A stretch of 64,000 nt of DNA from an uncultured Thermodesulfovibrio sp. GTDB taxonomy: Bacteria; Nitrospirota; Thermodesulfovibrionia; Thermodesulfovibrionales; UBA6898. Position 1 is the stretch's first letter. Each line of letters opens with the position of its first letter. The position numbers were made by a program, and so were the translations under genes. Positions 55,283 through 64,000 of this stretch are shown piece after piece. The stretch is from positions 27,136 to 91,135 of the forward strand of contig CAZCKU010000014.1 of NCBI GenBank assembly GCA_964499365.1. The letters are read 5' to 3'. The notes below the pieces were generated by a model that was given only the letters and a program-made list of their open reading frames with translations, was not told the DNA's origin and ran no database searches.

Positions 55283-56580
55283 TGTCAATGAGAACACCTG
55301 CCATGCCTGATAGCTCCAATCGACTGAGGATAGCCTTTCTCACCAACATCCCGGCGACCGCCGCGCATGCGGGCGGTTCGGTGCATGTCCTGCAGGTAGC
55401 CAAAAGGCTGATCGGACGGGGGCATCGGCTCTATACGAATCTGCAGTGCGAGGCTGAACCGTTTGTCGCGTTCAGCGAACGTGATTTTATCCGCAGGGGG
55501 AACGAGATTGACCTCTTTTATATACGCATACATGGTTCAGCTGCGAACGACGAACTGACGCTGTTAAGACGCGCGAATGCCGCTGCACCGTGTGTCTGGG
55601 AGGTCAACGCCCCCCTGGAGGAATTGAGGACCATGGGAGGGTCCGAGACAGAGCTGCGCAGCGCGATGCGGCGCAGGAGGGCCTTGGCCGGAATGGTCGA
55701 TGCGGCTGTCTGTGTCTCCGAAGAGATGGAAGAATACGCCAGAACGGAACTGGGGATCAGGAAGACCTTCGTGATCCCCAACGGGTCGGACGCTGAACTG
55801 TTTACGCCGGCGAAGCGGGACGAGGCTCTCTACGGTACAACGAAGTACACGATCCTCTGGTCCGGCTCCCCGAAATATGGCTGGCAGGGCCTCAGGACCG
55901 TCCAGGCACTTGCCGGCAGACTGAAGGAGAGAGGTGTGGACGACATCATGCTGATGGTTACTGCCGACGGGGCATCTGCCGGCAACCTCCACTATCTCGG
56001 TCATGTGCCCTACAGCGATATGCCGCGGTATATGGCATCCGCCGATGCAGGACTTTGTATCTATGAACCGATCGGGTTTTACCGGCAGTTCTATTTTTCG
56101 CCTCTCAAACTCTACGATTACATGGCAAGCGGCATCCCGGTTATCGGATCCAATGAAGGCCAGATACGCCTGGTCATTCAGGAGCACCGCAACGGGCTTT
56201 TAACCGACAATACGCTGGATGATTTAGTGGAGAAGTCTCTCTGCCTGAAAAATAGTCCTGATGCCGTCAGGGAGATGGGTTTCAGAGGCAGGGAGGCTGT
56301 TCTTCAGAAATACAACTGGGACCACATCGTAGCTGCGACAGAGGGAGTCTTTGCCGGGCTCCTTGCAGGGTCGGCAACAGCACCGCTCCGGGTGCCGCGC
56401 GGTGCCGGCATCAGAGTTCTCTCCGGATACGGGAAGCCCGCCCTGTACCTTCAGCTGTACCGGAATATCCTGAGGGGGACCGTGAAGAAGGCCAGGAATA
56501 TTGTGAAGCGGGCATGGAAAAGACTGCTGAGCCCGATGACCATCCGGGGAAGGATCAACAGGGGGTTGCATGAGCGCTAG
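55282..56580 (+). CDS. family 4-like glycosyltransferase
   Basis: RIAFLTNIP...GGSVHV N-terminal half. The C-terminal half contains PLKLYDYMASGIPVIGS (E/PxxxxxE-type motif). Start chosen at the ATG overlapping the upstream TGA. Confidence 0.65.
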   Translation: MSMRTPAMPDSSNRLRIAFLTNIPATAAHAGGSVHVLQVAKRLIGRGHRLYTNLQCEAEPFVAFSERDFIRRGNEIDLFYIRIHGSAANDELTLLRRANAAAPCVWEVNAPLEELRTMGGSETELRSAMRRRRALAGMVDAAVCVSEEMEEYARTELGIRKTFVIPNGSDAELFTPAKRDEALYGTTKYTILWSGSPKYGWQGLRTVQALAGRLKERGVDDIMLMVTADGASAGNLHYLGHVPYSDMPRYMASADAGLCIYEPIGFYRQFYFSPLKLYDYMASGIPVIGSNEGQIRLVIQEHRNGLLTDNTLDDLVEKSLCLKNSPDAVREMGFRGREAVLQKYNWDHIVAATEGVFAGLLAGSATAPLRVPRGAGIRVLSGYGKPALYLQLYRNILRGTVKKARNIVKRAWKRLLSPMTIRGRINRGLHER

Positions 56581-57481
56581 CACAGACATCAGTGTTATAA
56601 TCTGCACCTTCAATCGCTCAGAAAGCCTGAGGAGGACTCTGGAGAGCATACGCGGCCTGAAGGTCCCCGAGGGGCTGGCCTGGGAACTTATTGTGGTGGA
56701 CAATAACTCCCCGGACAATACAAAGGCCGTTGTTGCGGAGTTTGCAGCAGGGTCGGGACTGCCTGTTATCTACGCCTTTGAAGATAAAAAAGGACTGTCC
56801 CATGCCCGGAACTGCGGTATCACCGTGGCGAAGGGCGGGATTATCGCTTTTACGGATGACGACGTGGTCGTCGATGCGCACTGGCTTGGCAATATTCACG
56901 CCGCCTTCCGTGACCCCGCAGCCGCATGCGTCGGGGGCAAGATACTGCCCCTGTGGGAAAAGACACCCCCCGGATGGCTCACGAGCGATCTGTATAATTA
57001 TCTTGCCCTCCTGGACCTTGGCAATGAGCCTCTGCAGATGTCGACCCCCAATCTCTGGGGTGCCAATTTTGCGGTACGTGCAGGGATGTTCGAAAAGTAC
57101 GGGAACTTCAACACCGGCATAGGAAGAACGCGCACAAAACTTTATGCGGGTGAGGAAACGGAACTTATCCGCAGTCTGATAGAGAACCGGGAGGGGGTCT
57201 TCTATTATCCCGGAATGATGGTGCACCACTGTATTGCCGGAAACCGGATGAACAAGGCGTACTTCAGGAAGTGGGAATACGACCAGGGTGAATTGAGGGG
57301 CATGCAGATCGGGAGGCAGTCGCTGCTGCAGAGCGCCAGACTCATAGTCTCCGTGGCGAGGAATATCGTAAAGGCGTTCGGCAAATTTCTCTGGTTTCAG
57401 GCGACCAGACCTCCCCGGGCGTTCAGGGAAGAGTTGCGGTCGATCCGCAATATCGGCATTATTGCCGGACGGATGAAATAA
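56570..57481 (+). CDS. family 2 glycosyltransferase
   Basis: ISVIICTFNRSESLRRTLESI...VVDNNSPDNT...FTDDDV. Confidence 0.8.
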   Translation: MSASTDISVIICTFNRSESLRRTLESIRGLKVPEGLAWELIVVDNNSPDNTKAVVAEFAAGSGLPVIYAFEDKKGLSHARNCGITVAKGGIIAFTDDDVVVDAHWLGNIHAAFRDPAAACVGGKILPLWEKTPPGWLTSDLYNYLALLDLGNEPLQMSTPNLWGANFAVRAGMFEKYGNFNTGIGRTRTKLYAGEETELIRSLIENREGVFYYPGMMVHHCIAGNRMNKAYFRKWEYDQGELRGMQIGRQSLLQSARLIVSVARNIVKAFGKFLWFQATRPPRAFREELRSIRNIGIIAGRMK

Positions 57482-57493
57482 CGGGATACCCCC

Positions 57494-58474
57494 ATGTCTG
57501 CACTCCCCCTCGTCAGTGTGGTGATGCCGCTGTATAATAAGCGCCGTTATGTGAGACGCGCGGTCGAAAGCGTTCAGAACCAGACCGTCCCGAATTGGGA
57601 ACTGCTGATCGTGGACGACGGGTCCACCGACAGGCCGCAGGATGAAATCCCCCTGCACGACACGAGATTGAAGCTGCTGAGGCAGGAAAACAGGGGACCC
57701 GGGGCCGCCAGGAATGCCGGCCTTGCCCTTGCGAGAGGGAAGTATGTGGCGTTTCTGGATGCGGATGACGAATGGCTGCCCTCCTTCCTTGAGGCCGGAC
57801 TATCCCTGCTGGAGGACAGGAAAGCGGATGCGCGTGTTGCGTATATGGGATTTTACTACTATCCCTCGATGCGCTGGCATGCAGTCGGGGCGGGAGAAGC
57901 GTTGCGCGGTGTGATCGGGATTTCGCCTGACACCGATGTGAGGCTGGTACAGCAGCTCTGCTGCTACTGGACCTGCGCCGCGCTTATCAGTACTGATTCG
58001 GCCAGGAAATGGGGCGGCTTTTTCGACCGCTACCGCTGCCTCCTGGGCGAGGACGTCTTCCTGTTTATCAAGCTGGCGTTCAACGAAAGGATCGGCCTTA
58101 TTCCTGAACCCCATGCCATCTATCACACCGAGGCATCGGACCTGTACGGCGGCGGCTCCCTTGCGGGCTGCTCCCGTATTCCTCCGTATCTCGAGGATCC
58201 CTCCGAGCTGCTGGAGGCCTGTCCTCCTGAAAAACGGGCCCTGTTAAGAAAAATATTGGCGGGAAAGGCCCTCAGCAAGGCTGAACATCTGGCAAAGGGA
58301 GGGAAAGGACGGGAGGCCAGGGAACTCCTGAATCGCTTCACGCGGTCCGGCTACCCCTCCCCGCGGGAGATATTCAAGGTCAGGTTCTTCGCCGGAATCG
58401 CACCCGTCCTCCCGGCAGTCGGATGGTTCTGGCGTAATGCAAAGGCCCTCTCAGGGGCCGGCGGTAACCGTTAG
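57494..58474 (+). CDS. family 2 glycosyltransferase (tandem paralog A)
   Basis: VSVVMPLYNKRRYVRRAVESVQNQT...LIVDDGSTD...AFLDADDEW. Confidence 0.8.
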   Translation: MSALPLVSVVMPLYNKRRYVRRAVESVQNQTVPNWELLIVDDGSTDRPQDEIPLHDTRLKLLRQENRGPGAARNAGLALARGKYVAFLDADDEWLPSFLEAGLSLLEDRKADARVAYMGFYYYPSMRWHAVGAGEALRGVIGISPDTDVRLVQQLCCYWTCAALISTDSARKWGGFFDRYRCLLGEDVFLFIKLAFNERIGLIPEPHAIYHTEASDLYGGGSLAGCSRIPPYLEDPSELLEACPPEKRALLRKILAGKALSKAEHLAKGGKGREARELLNRFTRSGYPSPREIFKVRFFAGIAPVLPAVGWFWRNAKALSGAGGNR

Positions 58475-58478
58475 CGCC

Positions 58479-59453
58479 ATGGATGCCTCGATGCTGTCCG
58501 TTGTCATCCCGCTCTACAACAAGGGCAACTATGTCGAGAGGGCGCTGTCCTCCGTTGCTGGCCAGACCCTTCAGCCTCTTGAGATCATTGTGGTAGACGA
58601 CGGGTCCACCGATGACGGTCCTGAAAGGGTGCGCAGCATCAATGATCCGAAAATTCTGCTGCTGCAGCAGCAGAACAGGGGGCCGGGAGCGGCCCGCAAT
58701 GCAGGGTTGGCGAGGGCTGCAGGAAAGTATGTGGCCTTTCTGGACGCTGACGATGAGTGGTTCCCCACGTTCCTGGAGTCTGGAACCGCGCTGCTTGAAG
58801 ACCCCAGGGCCGCAGTGTCTGTGGTCTGTACCGGCCGGGTGAAATACCCCGGGAAAAGGATAAACAATTGCGGTCTTGACGGCATCTATGAGGTCACTCC
58901 GGAAACGGACGTGAAACTGCTGCAGAAGATCCTCAACTTCAGGTCCACGCCGTTTGTCATCATGCGGACAGAGGTCGTGAGAAAAGCGGGCGGTTTTTTT
59001 GACCGCTATAAATGTCTTCGGGGGGAGGACCGGCATCTCTTTCTGAAGCTGCTGTTTACGGAGAGGATCGGCATCATTTCGAGGCCTCTCGGCATCTATC
59101 ACGCGGAGGCGTCGGACCTCTCCGGCAGGGCAGCAGGCAATGCCGCGTATCAGGAAGACTCGGTAAATCCTTTCCTGCTCGCCCCGGATGAGCTGCTCGT
59201 GCCATGTCCCCCGGAAAAACGGCGGCTTCTGCAGGAACTGCTGACCGTGCTATTTCTGGAAGAAATCAAGGAACTCACTGCAGCCGGAAACCCGGGAATG
59301 TCATACCGCCTTCTTAAGAAATTCAGCCGCAGCTGTTCCCTTTCGGTTATGAGAAATATGACTGCCTATATGCTGATTGTCGGCTCACCCCTGCTGCCGG
59401 TCATCCTGAGGCTCAGGGGCCTGATATCAGGGAGACAGAGGCGTATATCGTGA
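58479..59453 (+). CDS. family 2 glycosyltransferase (tandem paralog B)
   Basis: Trimmed to the ATG at 58479 (MDASMLSVVIPLYNKGNYVERAL). Collinear similarity to the preceding gene throughout (NRGPGAARNAGLA.A.GKYVAFLDADDEW.P.FLE.G..LLED). Confidence 0.8.
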   Translation: MDASMLSVVIPLYNKGNYVERALSSVAGQTLQPLEIIVVDDGSTDDGPERVRSINDPKILLLQQQNRGPGAARNAGLARAAGKYVAFLDADDEWFPTFLESGTALLEDPRAAVSVVCTGRVKYPGKRINNCGLDGIYEVTPETDVKLLQKILNFRSTPFVIMRTEVVRKAGGFFDRYKCLRGEDRHLFLKLLFTERIGIISRPLGIYHAEASDLSGRAAGNAAYQEDSVNPFLLAPDELLVPCPPEKRRLLQELLTVLFLEEIKELTAAGNPGMSYRLLKKFSRSCSLSVMRNMTAYMLIVGSPLLPVILRLRGLISGRQRRIS

Positions 59454-59490
59454 AAGCGTACATACAGGCAATTGCGGAGGGGAGTTCCGT

Positions 59491-60777
59491 ATGAGCATTT
59501 ACAGCAGCGGCCGATCCAGGGGTAATGCCGTTATCCTCGGCATGGGGATTAACGGTCTGGCCCTGGCGCGCAGTCTCGGCAGGCAGGGAGTCGGCGTCCA
59601 CGGTATTTTCGTGAAAGATGACGAGCCCGGCAGGCAGTCGCGCTATTGCAGCTCTGTCCGATTCCCGTCTCTGAGAGACGGGGAAGAGGCATTTCTCAGA
59701 AAACTGACGGGCGAACAGGGGGACAGAGATCAGAAGCCGGTGCTCTTTTCCGAATCTGACCAGTATATCATGTTCATGTCCCGCAACAGGGAGCGGCTGC
59801 AGGAATACTTCCGTTTTTTATTGCCCGACCAGGGACTGCTGGAGACACTTGTCTGCAAGGAGAAGACATCCTATTTTGTTGCCCGGCACGGATTTTCCAT
59901 CCCCGGAACATATTGCTGGGGGGAGGGCTGCGGTATGCAGGAGTTGCTCGACAGGATCGAGTATCCCTGTATCATGAAGCCGATCGACTCGTTTTCGACG
60001 TCCTTTGCGAGGAAGAATGCCATTTTCTCCGACCGGCATTCCCTGGAGCTCTTTCTGCAGGAGCGGCCTGAACTCTTCGGCCATGTCATTATTCAGAAAA
60101 TAATACCCGGCGGTGATTCGAATACATTTCAGGCAACCACCTACGTATCAAGGGACGGCGACATAGCCCCGGTATTCACGATGAGAAAAACCAGGCAGTG
60201 TCCTCCGGATTTCGGCGTAACATCCTACGGTGTCAGTGAGGACATCCCGTTTCTTCAGGAGAAGGTCCACGGTTTTCTCGCGTCGATTCAATACAGGGGG
60301 TTCATCAGCATGGAATTCAAACGGCATCCGCATACCGGGGAATGGCTCTATATTGAGACCAATCCCCGGCTGCCCTACTACCACTCTTTAATGTATGATG
60401 CAGGGATAAATTACCCCTATCTCTATTTCCGGGATATGGTCGGTTCCCCGGCCGCTTCTTCTTCTCTCCCGTCACAGAGGAACGGCGTCATCTGGATCTG
60501 TCTCGGCCGGGACGTGGAGTCCTTTCTGAGAAAGGTTGTGCAGGGACAGATAAAGACGATGCCCTGGCTGGCCTCTGTTCTGAAATCACGATCTTTTGCC
60601 CTGCTGGATTTCGGCGATTTGAAACCCCTCATCTTTTCGGGCTTCCAGTTTATGAAATTCCTGTCCGGAAAGATAACGCACCTGCTGTCGAGGTTCTTTC
60701 CCGCGTCCTCAGCGAAAGAGGTGCCTGAGGGCCGGTGCGGCAGGATACCCGGGACTTACAGGAATGACAAGACATGA
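59491..60777 (+). CDS. ATP-grasp family protein (COG3919-like carboxylate-amine ligase)
   Basis: AVILGMGINGLALARSLGRQGV N-terminal Rossmann-like motif. YPCIMKPIDS...IIQKIIPGG...SMEFKRH...YIETNPRL are ATP-grasp motifs. Confidence 0.6.
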   Translation: MSIYSSGRSRGNAVILGMGINGLALARSLGRQGVGVHGIFVKDDEPGRQSRYCSSVRFPSLRDGEEAFLRKLTGEQGDRDQKPVLFSESDQYIMFMSRNRERLQEYFRFLLPDQGLLETLVCKEKTSYFVARHGFSIPGTYCWGEGCGMQELLDRIEYPCIMKPIDSFSTSFARKNAIFSDRHSLELFLQERPELFGHVIIQKIIPGGDSNTFQATTYVSRDGDIAPVFTMRKTRQCPPDFGVTSYGVSEDIPFLQEKVHGFLASIQYRGFISMEFKRHPHTGEWLYIETNPRLPYYHSLMYDAGINYPYLYFRDMVGSPAASSSLPSQRNGVIWICLGRDVESFLRKVVQGQIKTMPWLASVLKSRSFALLDFGDLKPLIFSGFQFMKFLSGKITHLLSRFFPASSAKEVPEGRCGRIPGTYRNDKT

Positions 60778-61745
60778 AAATACGCAGTCTCTTCTGGCAC
60801 AGCGTTGATCCGGATTCGGTCGAACCGGGCAGTTTCGACGGCACCAACCCGAGGGTGTCGGCCTTCAGGGAGCAGCTGCGCTTTATTGTCGACAACTACA
60901 CTCCCCTGTCGATTCAGGAGTTTATGAGTAGCATCGGGGCCCGGGGGCCGGTCCCTGCATATCCAAAACCGCCCATCCTGCTGGGGTTCGATGACGGGTT
61001 CAGGAATGTCCTCACCTGTGCACTGCCGGTACTCAGGGAATTCAAAGTCCCGGCTGTTTTCTTCGTGCTTGGGGAGGTCCTTGTCAACCCTGAATTTGTC
61101 CCGTGGTATGTCGAGGTGAAGCATCTCATCCGCAGGACACGTGAAAAAGAGGTCCATTATGGCAGTACCGCCATAGACCTCGGCTCAAAGACCGGGGCGT
61201 CGTCATTGCGGTCGCTGGCAGGTCGCGATTACAAGGCATGCAGGTGTGATGACGCACGGCAGGAGGTACTGCTTAATCTGGCGGCGCTCTTAAAGGTGAA
61301 GCGTCCTGCTGCCGCGGAACTCGACGGGGACCTGCAGTTTGCCGGCAGGGAGGAATTGGCGGAACTTGATTCCGAGTCATTGCTTTCGGTGGCCTCGCAT
61401 GCGATGACCCACCGCAACCTGGGCAGCCTGACCCGTCGGGAGCAGGTCCAGGAACTGGAGCGCAGTCACCAGCTCTTCAGCAGCCATTGTCCGTCCTACT
61501 ACCCCGTCCTTTCATATCCGGACGGCTCGTTCAACCGTGATACCATTGCTGTTGCCAGGCGGATCTATGAATTCGCCTTTGCGGTATTCCTCGGATCGTC
61601 CTATCGGGACCACTACGCATATCCCCGGCATTCCCTCTGCGATATCGGCGTAGAGGAACTGAGATACACACTGAGCCCTTTCCGCGTGAACTGTCTTCTT
61701 CCGGTGAAGAAGCTTCTCCATTACACAGGGCTGAGGAGACTGTAA
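60774..61745 (+). CDS. polysaccharide deacetylase (NodB/CE4 fold)
   Basis: ILLGFDDGFRNV (the DD motif), VPAVFFVL, SHAMTHRNL (the His motif). ATGA overlap with the ATP-grasp gene. Confidence 0.75.
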   Translation: MKIRSLFWHSVDPDSVEPGSFDGTNPRVSAFREQLRFIVDNYTPLSIQEFMSSIGARGPVPAYPKPPILLGFDDGFRNVLTCALPVLREFKVPAVFFVLGEVLVNPEFVPWYVEVKHLIRRTREKEVHYGSTAIDLGSKTGASSLRSLAGRDYKACRCDDARQEVLLNLAALLKVKRPAAAELDGDLQFAGREELAELDSESLLSVASHAMTHRNLGSLTRREQVQELERSHQLFSSHCPSYYPVLSYPDGSFNRDTIAVARRIYEFAFAVFLGSSYRDHYAYPRHSLCDIGVEELRYTLSPFRVNCLLPVKKLLHYTGLRRL

Positions 61746-61835
61746 TATGTATATCCCCTGGCAGGCAGGACAGACGGTGGCGTTTCTCCTTGAGTCCTGC
61801 ATTGTTACCAGCCCCGATATGGGGTTTGGCGGAAT

Positions 61836-63251
61836 ATGAAAGGGGCTGCAGTCATGGCAACAGGTGATAGAATGCATGCGCTGGTCGCCGGCCTGAGAGG
61901 TTTTATCCTGAACCGCCTGCGACTGCCTGAAGTCGCGCTGCCGCCTGCGGCAGTGTGGGGCGGTATCAGCGCCTGCTTCGTCCTGGTCATAGCCCTGGCG
62001 ATCGGCAATGCGAAGCCGGTATATCTTGCCCTCCTGCTGGTGCCTCTCTTCATATACCTTTCTATTGCACGGCCATTTCTGTTTCCCTTCGGGGCCTATG
62101 CCTTCTTTATACCGTTCGATCAGCTCCTGTCGCTGGGAGAGCCCGGCGGGATGACGCTCACCAAACTTCTCGGCATCGCAATTATTCCGGTACTTTTTTT
62201 CAAAGGGTCGCTCGAAAACAGACTGAAGGCTCCCGAGCCGATCATATTCCTGTGGGTCGTGCTTGTGTTTTACGGCGTTATTTCGGCCTTGTGGGCGATC
62301 CAGCCGGCAGTTGCGGTTGGCAGGATACCGACCGCGGTCGGCCTGATACTCGTCTATATCATGGCAGCGACCTACAAGGTCCAGAAGAGCGAACTCGATA
62401 TGCTCGGCTGGTGCATCCTCTGCGGAGGCATCCTTGCGGCGATACTGACGATCTATAACTTCAGGTCATTGGGATCAGCAGCGCGGGCGACGGTGCAGAT
62501 CGGGGAGAGGACGGCGCTGCTGAACCAGCTGGCTTTCGACCTCCTGCTGCCTGTTTCCGTATGCCTCCAGAAGGTGCTGTCGGGCAGGCGGCTGGTGGGG
62601 AAGGCCCTGTTTGGTCTGTTCCTCGCCATAGTGATCTTCGCGATCATCGTTACCGGATCCAGGGGGGCCCTTGCAGGACTCGGGGCACTTTTCAGTGTGT
62701 ATCTTCTGTCGTCGAAGAAAAAGATATCGATACTGACGATCCTGCTGGTGATCGGCATCGTGGTGGCCGTCACGACCCCTGTCTTCTTTCTTGAGAGACT
62801 CGAGGAATCGGTCGAGAAGGGCGGTGCCGGGAGGACGACGATCTGGATGAACGGATTAAAGGCCCTCGATCGATACTGGCTCACCGGTGCGGGTCTGAAC
62901 AATTTTCCCGAGGCCTACCGGGAGGTCGCGTACTTTACTCCGTATTCCCTGGGGCTCGGAAGGGCATCTCACAACCTGTACCTCGGTATTTTTGTGGAGT
63001 TGGGCATTGCCGGGTTTATGCTGATGCTCTGGGGGATGCTCAAACACTACCGCTCGATAAAGCCGCGGCTGGCCTCTGCCGACAGCAGCCAGGTCATGCT
63101 GAAAGCTGCCCTCATCGGTATGCTCGTCTCAAGCATATTCCTGGACACCTTCTGGTATAAATCTCTGTGGCTGCTCTGGATGATGATCATCATGTATAAA
63201 AACGTACTGTTTATTCGGCGGGATGATGCAGCAGCTGCCCGCTATCGGTGA
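61836..63251 (+). CDS. O-antigen ligase/polymerase-like membrane protein (Wzy_C domain)
   Basis: About 10-12 TM helices. GSRGALAGL and the RASHNLYLGIFVELGIAGF motif are typical of the Wzy_C family. Start uncertain. Confidence 0.7.
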   Translation: MKGAAVMATGDRMHALVAGLRGFILNRLRLPEVALPPAAVWGGISACFVLVIALAIGNAKPVYLALLLVPLFIYLSIARPFLFPFGAYAFFIPFDQLLSLGEPGGMTLTKLLGIAIIPVLFFKGSLENRLKAPEPIIFLWVVLVFYGVISALWAIQPAVAVGRIPTAVGLILVYIMAATYKVQKSELDMLGWCILCGGILAAILTIYNFRSLGSAARATVQIGERTALLNQLAFDLLLPVSVCLQKVLSGRRLVGKALFGLFLAIVIFAIIVTGSRGALAGLGALFSVYLLSSKKKISILTILLVIGIVVAVTTPVFFLERLEESVEKGGAGRTTIWMNGLKALDRYWLTGAGLNNFPEAYREVAYFTPYSLGLGRASHNLYLGIFVELGIAGFMLMLWGMLKHYRSIKPRLASADSSQVMLKAALIGMLVSSIFLDTFWYKSLWLLWMMIIMYKNVLFIRRDDAAAARYR

Positions 63252-63281
63252 CAGACCACTAACCTGTAGAGGGGGGAAAAG

Positions 63282-64000
63282 ATGAAAAGCATGGCAAGAC
63301 CGGGATGGTTATTCCTCATGGCGTTCTTCCTGTCCGTAGTCCTCGGCGCAGGACCTGCAGGAGGTGCCGACATCATCATTGATAACGGAGATCCGGGGAC
63401 ATCCTATACCGGAACCTGGGCATCCTCCTCAGCGACGAACCCCTACGGCATCGATTCGCGGTGGAGCCGGGACGGGGCAACATACAGCTGGAGCTTTACG
63501 CCATCTGCCGGCGGCAGCTACGAGGTCTCGATGTGGTGGACGGCGTATACATCGCGGAGCAGCAGCATCCCGGTGGACATACAGCATGCAGGGGGAACAA
63601 CGCGGGTAACCATCAACCAGCTGCAGAACGGGGGGAAGTGGAACGTCCTGGGGACGTATGCCTTCGTCGCCGGCCAGAGTTACAAGGTGACGATAACCTC
63701 GCAGCCGGGACCGTCGAGCACCTGTGCAGACGCGGTAAGATTCGCACCCTCATCGGGGCCGGTCGGCAACACGGCACCGGTGGCGGTGATAGACTCGATA
63801 AGCCCGAACCCTGCACTGCCGGGCGAGGTGGTCAGCTTCAGCGGGCACGGGACGGACAGCGACGGGACGATAGCCGGCTACAGCTGGCAGTCGAGCATCA
63901 GCGGTGCGCTGAGCAGTCTGGCTACCTTCAGCACAGCATCACTTGTTACGGGCAGTCATACCATATCGTTCAGGGTACAGGATAACAACGATGCATGGTC
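63282..64000 (+). CDS. secreted protein, N-terminal part: signal peptide, DNGD...ADAVRF beta-sandwich (golvesin-C-like) module, PKD-like domain; the gene runs off the window end
   Basis: Not in the ORF track (no stop). ATG at 63282, behind a purine-rich GGGGGGAAAAG. MKSMARPGWLFLMAFFLSVVLGAGPAGGADIIIDNGDPGTSYTGTW...NGGKWNVLGTYAF...CADAVRF, then APVAVIDSISPNPALPGEVVSFSGHGTDSDGTIAGYSW. Confidence 0.65.
   Translation, partial: MKSMARPGWLFLMAFFLSVVLGAGPAGGADIIIDNGDPGTSYTGTWASSSATNPYGIDSRWSRDGATYSWSFTPSAGGSYEVSMWWTAYTSRSSSIPVDIQHAGGTTRVTINQLQNGGKWNVLGTYAFVAGQSYKVTITSQPGPSSTCADAVRFAPSSGPVGNTAPVAVIDSISPNPALPGEVVSFSGHGTDSDGTIAGYSWQSSISGALSSLATFSTASLVTGSHTISFRVQDNNDAW

Overview
A 64-kb bacterial chromosomal segment, moderately GC-rich. 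The taxon cannot be set from sequence alone; the abundance of sigma-54 regulators and the dispersed hairpin repeats suggest an uncultured environmental lineage. I count about 60 genes in four strand blocks.

(1) 1-4.2 kb (-): Cache-domain fragment, DUF167, an OmpR/histidine kinase pair, PAP2 and a NYN protein.

(2) 4.4-16.2 kb (+): tRNA-Pro, followed by a ~0.6-kb AT-rich islet bounded by a repeat of the tRNA 3' end. The islet carries a signal-peptide-bearing, eukaryote-like ubiquitin (62 of 71 positions identical to canonical ubiquitin by hand alignment). It lacks the diglycine tail and ends in an IPTL/PEP-CTERM-type sorting tag. After it come a hybrid PAS kinase, an EndoQ-like/SprT-like/RNase HI/U32 cluster, a pseudo-receiver-SPOR protein, a Mur ligase and small genes.

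(3) 16.4-23.0 kb (-): glmS, an isomerase-only glmS paralog, initiator tRNA-fMet, a small ORF, an HD hydrolase, a CdaZ-type diadenylate cyclase and a hypothetical gene.

(4) 23.2-64 kb (+): a co-directional surface-polysaccharide locus of about 37 kb. It opens with an NtrB/NtrC-like pair, a consensus-like sigma-54 promoter and a NusG/RfaH-like paralog. It then encodes a UDP-2,3-diacetamido-glucuronate-type pathway (with a WbpB-WbpD fusion) and a PglC/E/F-type initiation module. Further on are a CDP-hexose C-methyl branched-sugar cassette, a Wzm/Wzt exporter, many glycosyltransferases, an ATP-grasp/CE4 pair, a Wzy_C-type protein and large secreted LamG/SGNH proteins.

The two most notable signals are the exported ubiquitin and c-di-GMP sensing embedded in this locus. 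The PglF/CapD-type dehydratase carries a perfect tandem MshEN c-di-GMP-binding motif. It is followed by a PilZ gene translationally coupled to a second sigma-54 activator, a degenerate PAS-DHp(H->D)-REC protein, a Cys-rich miniprotein and a second sigma-54 promoter.

All functional calls come from reading motifs by eye; no database search was run.
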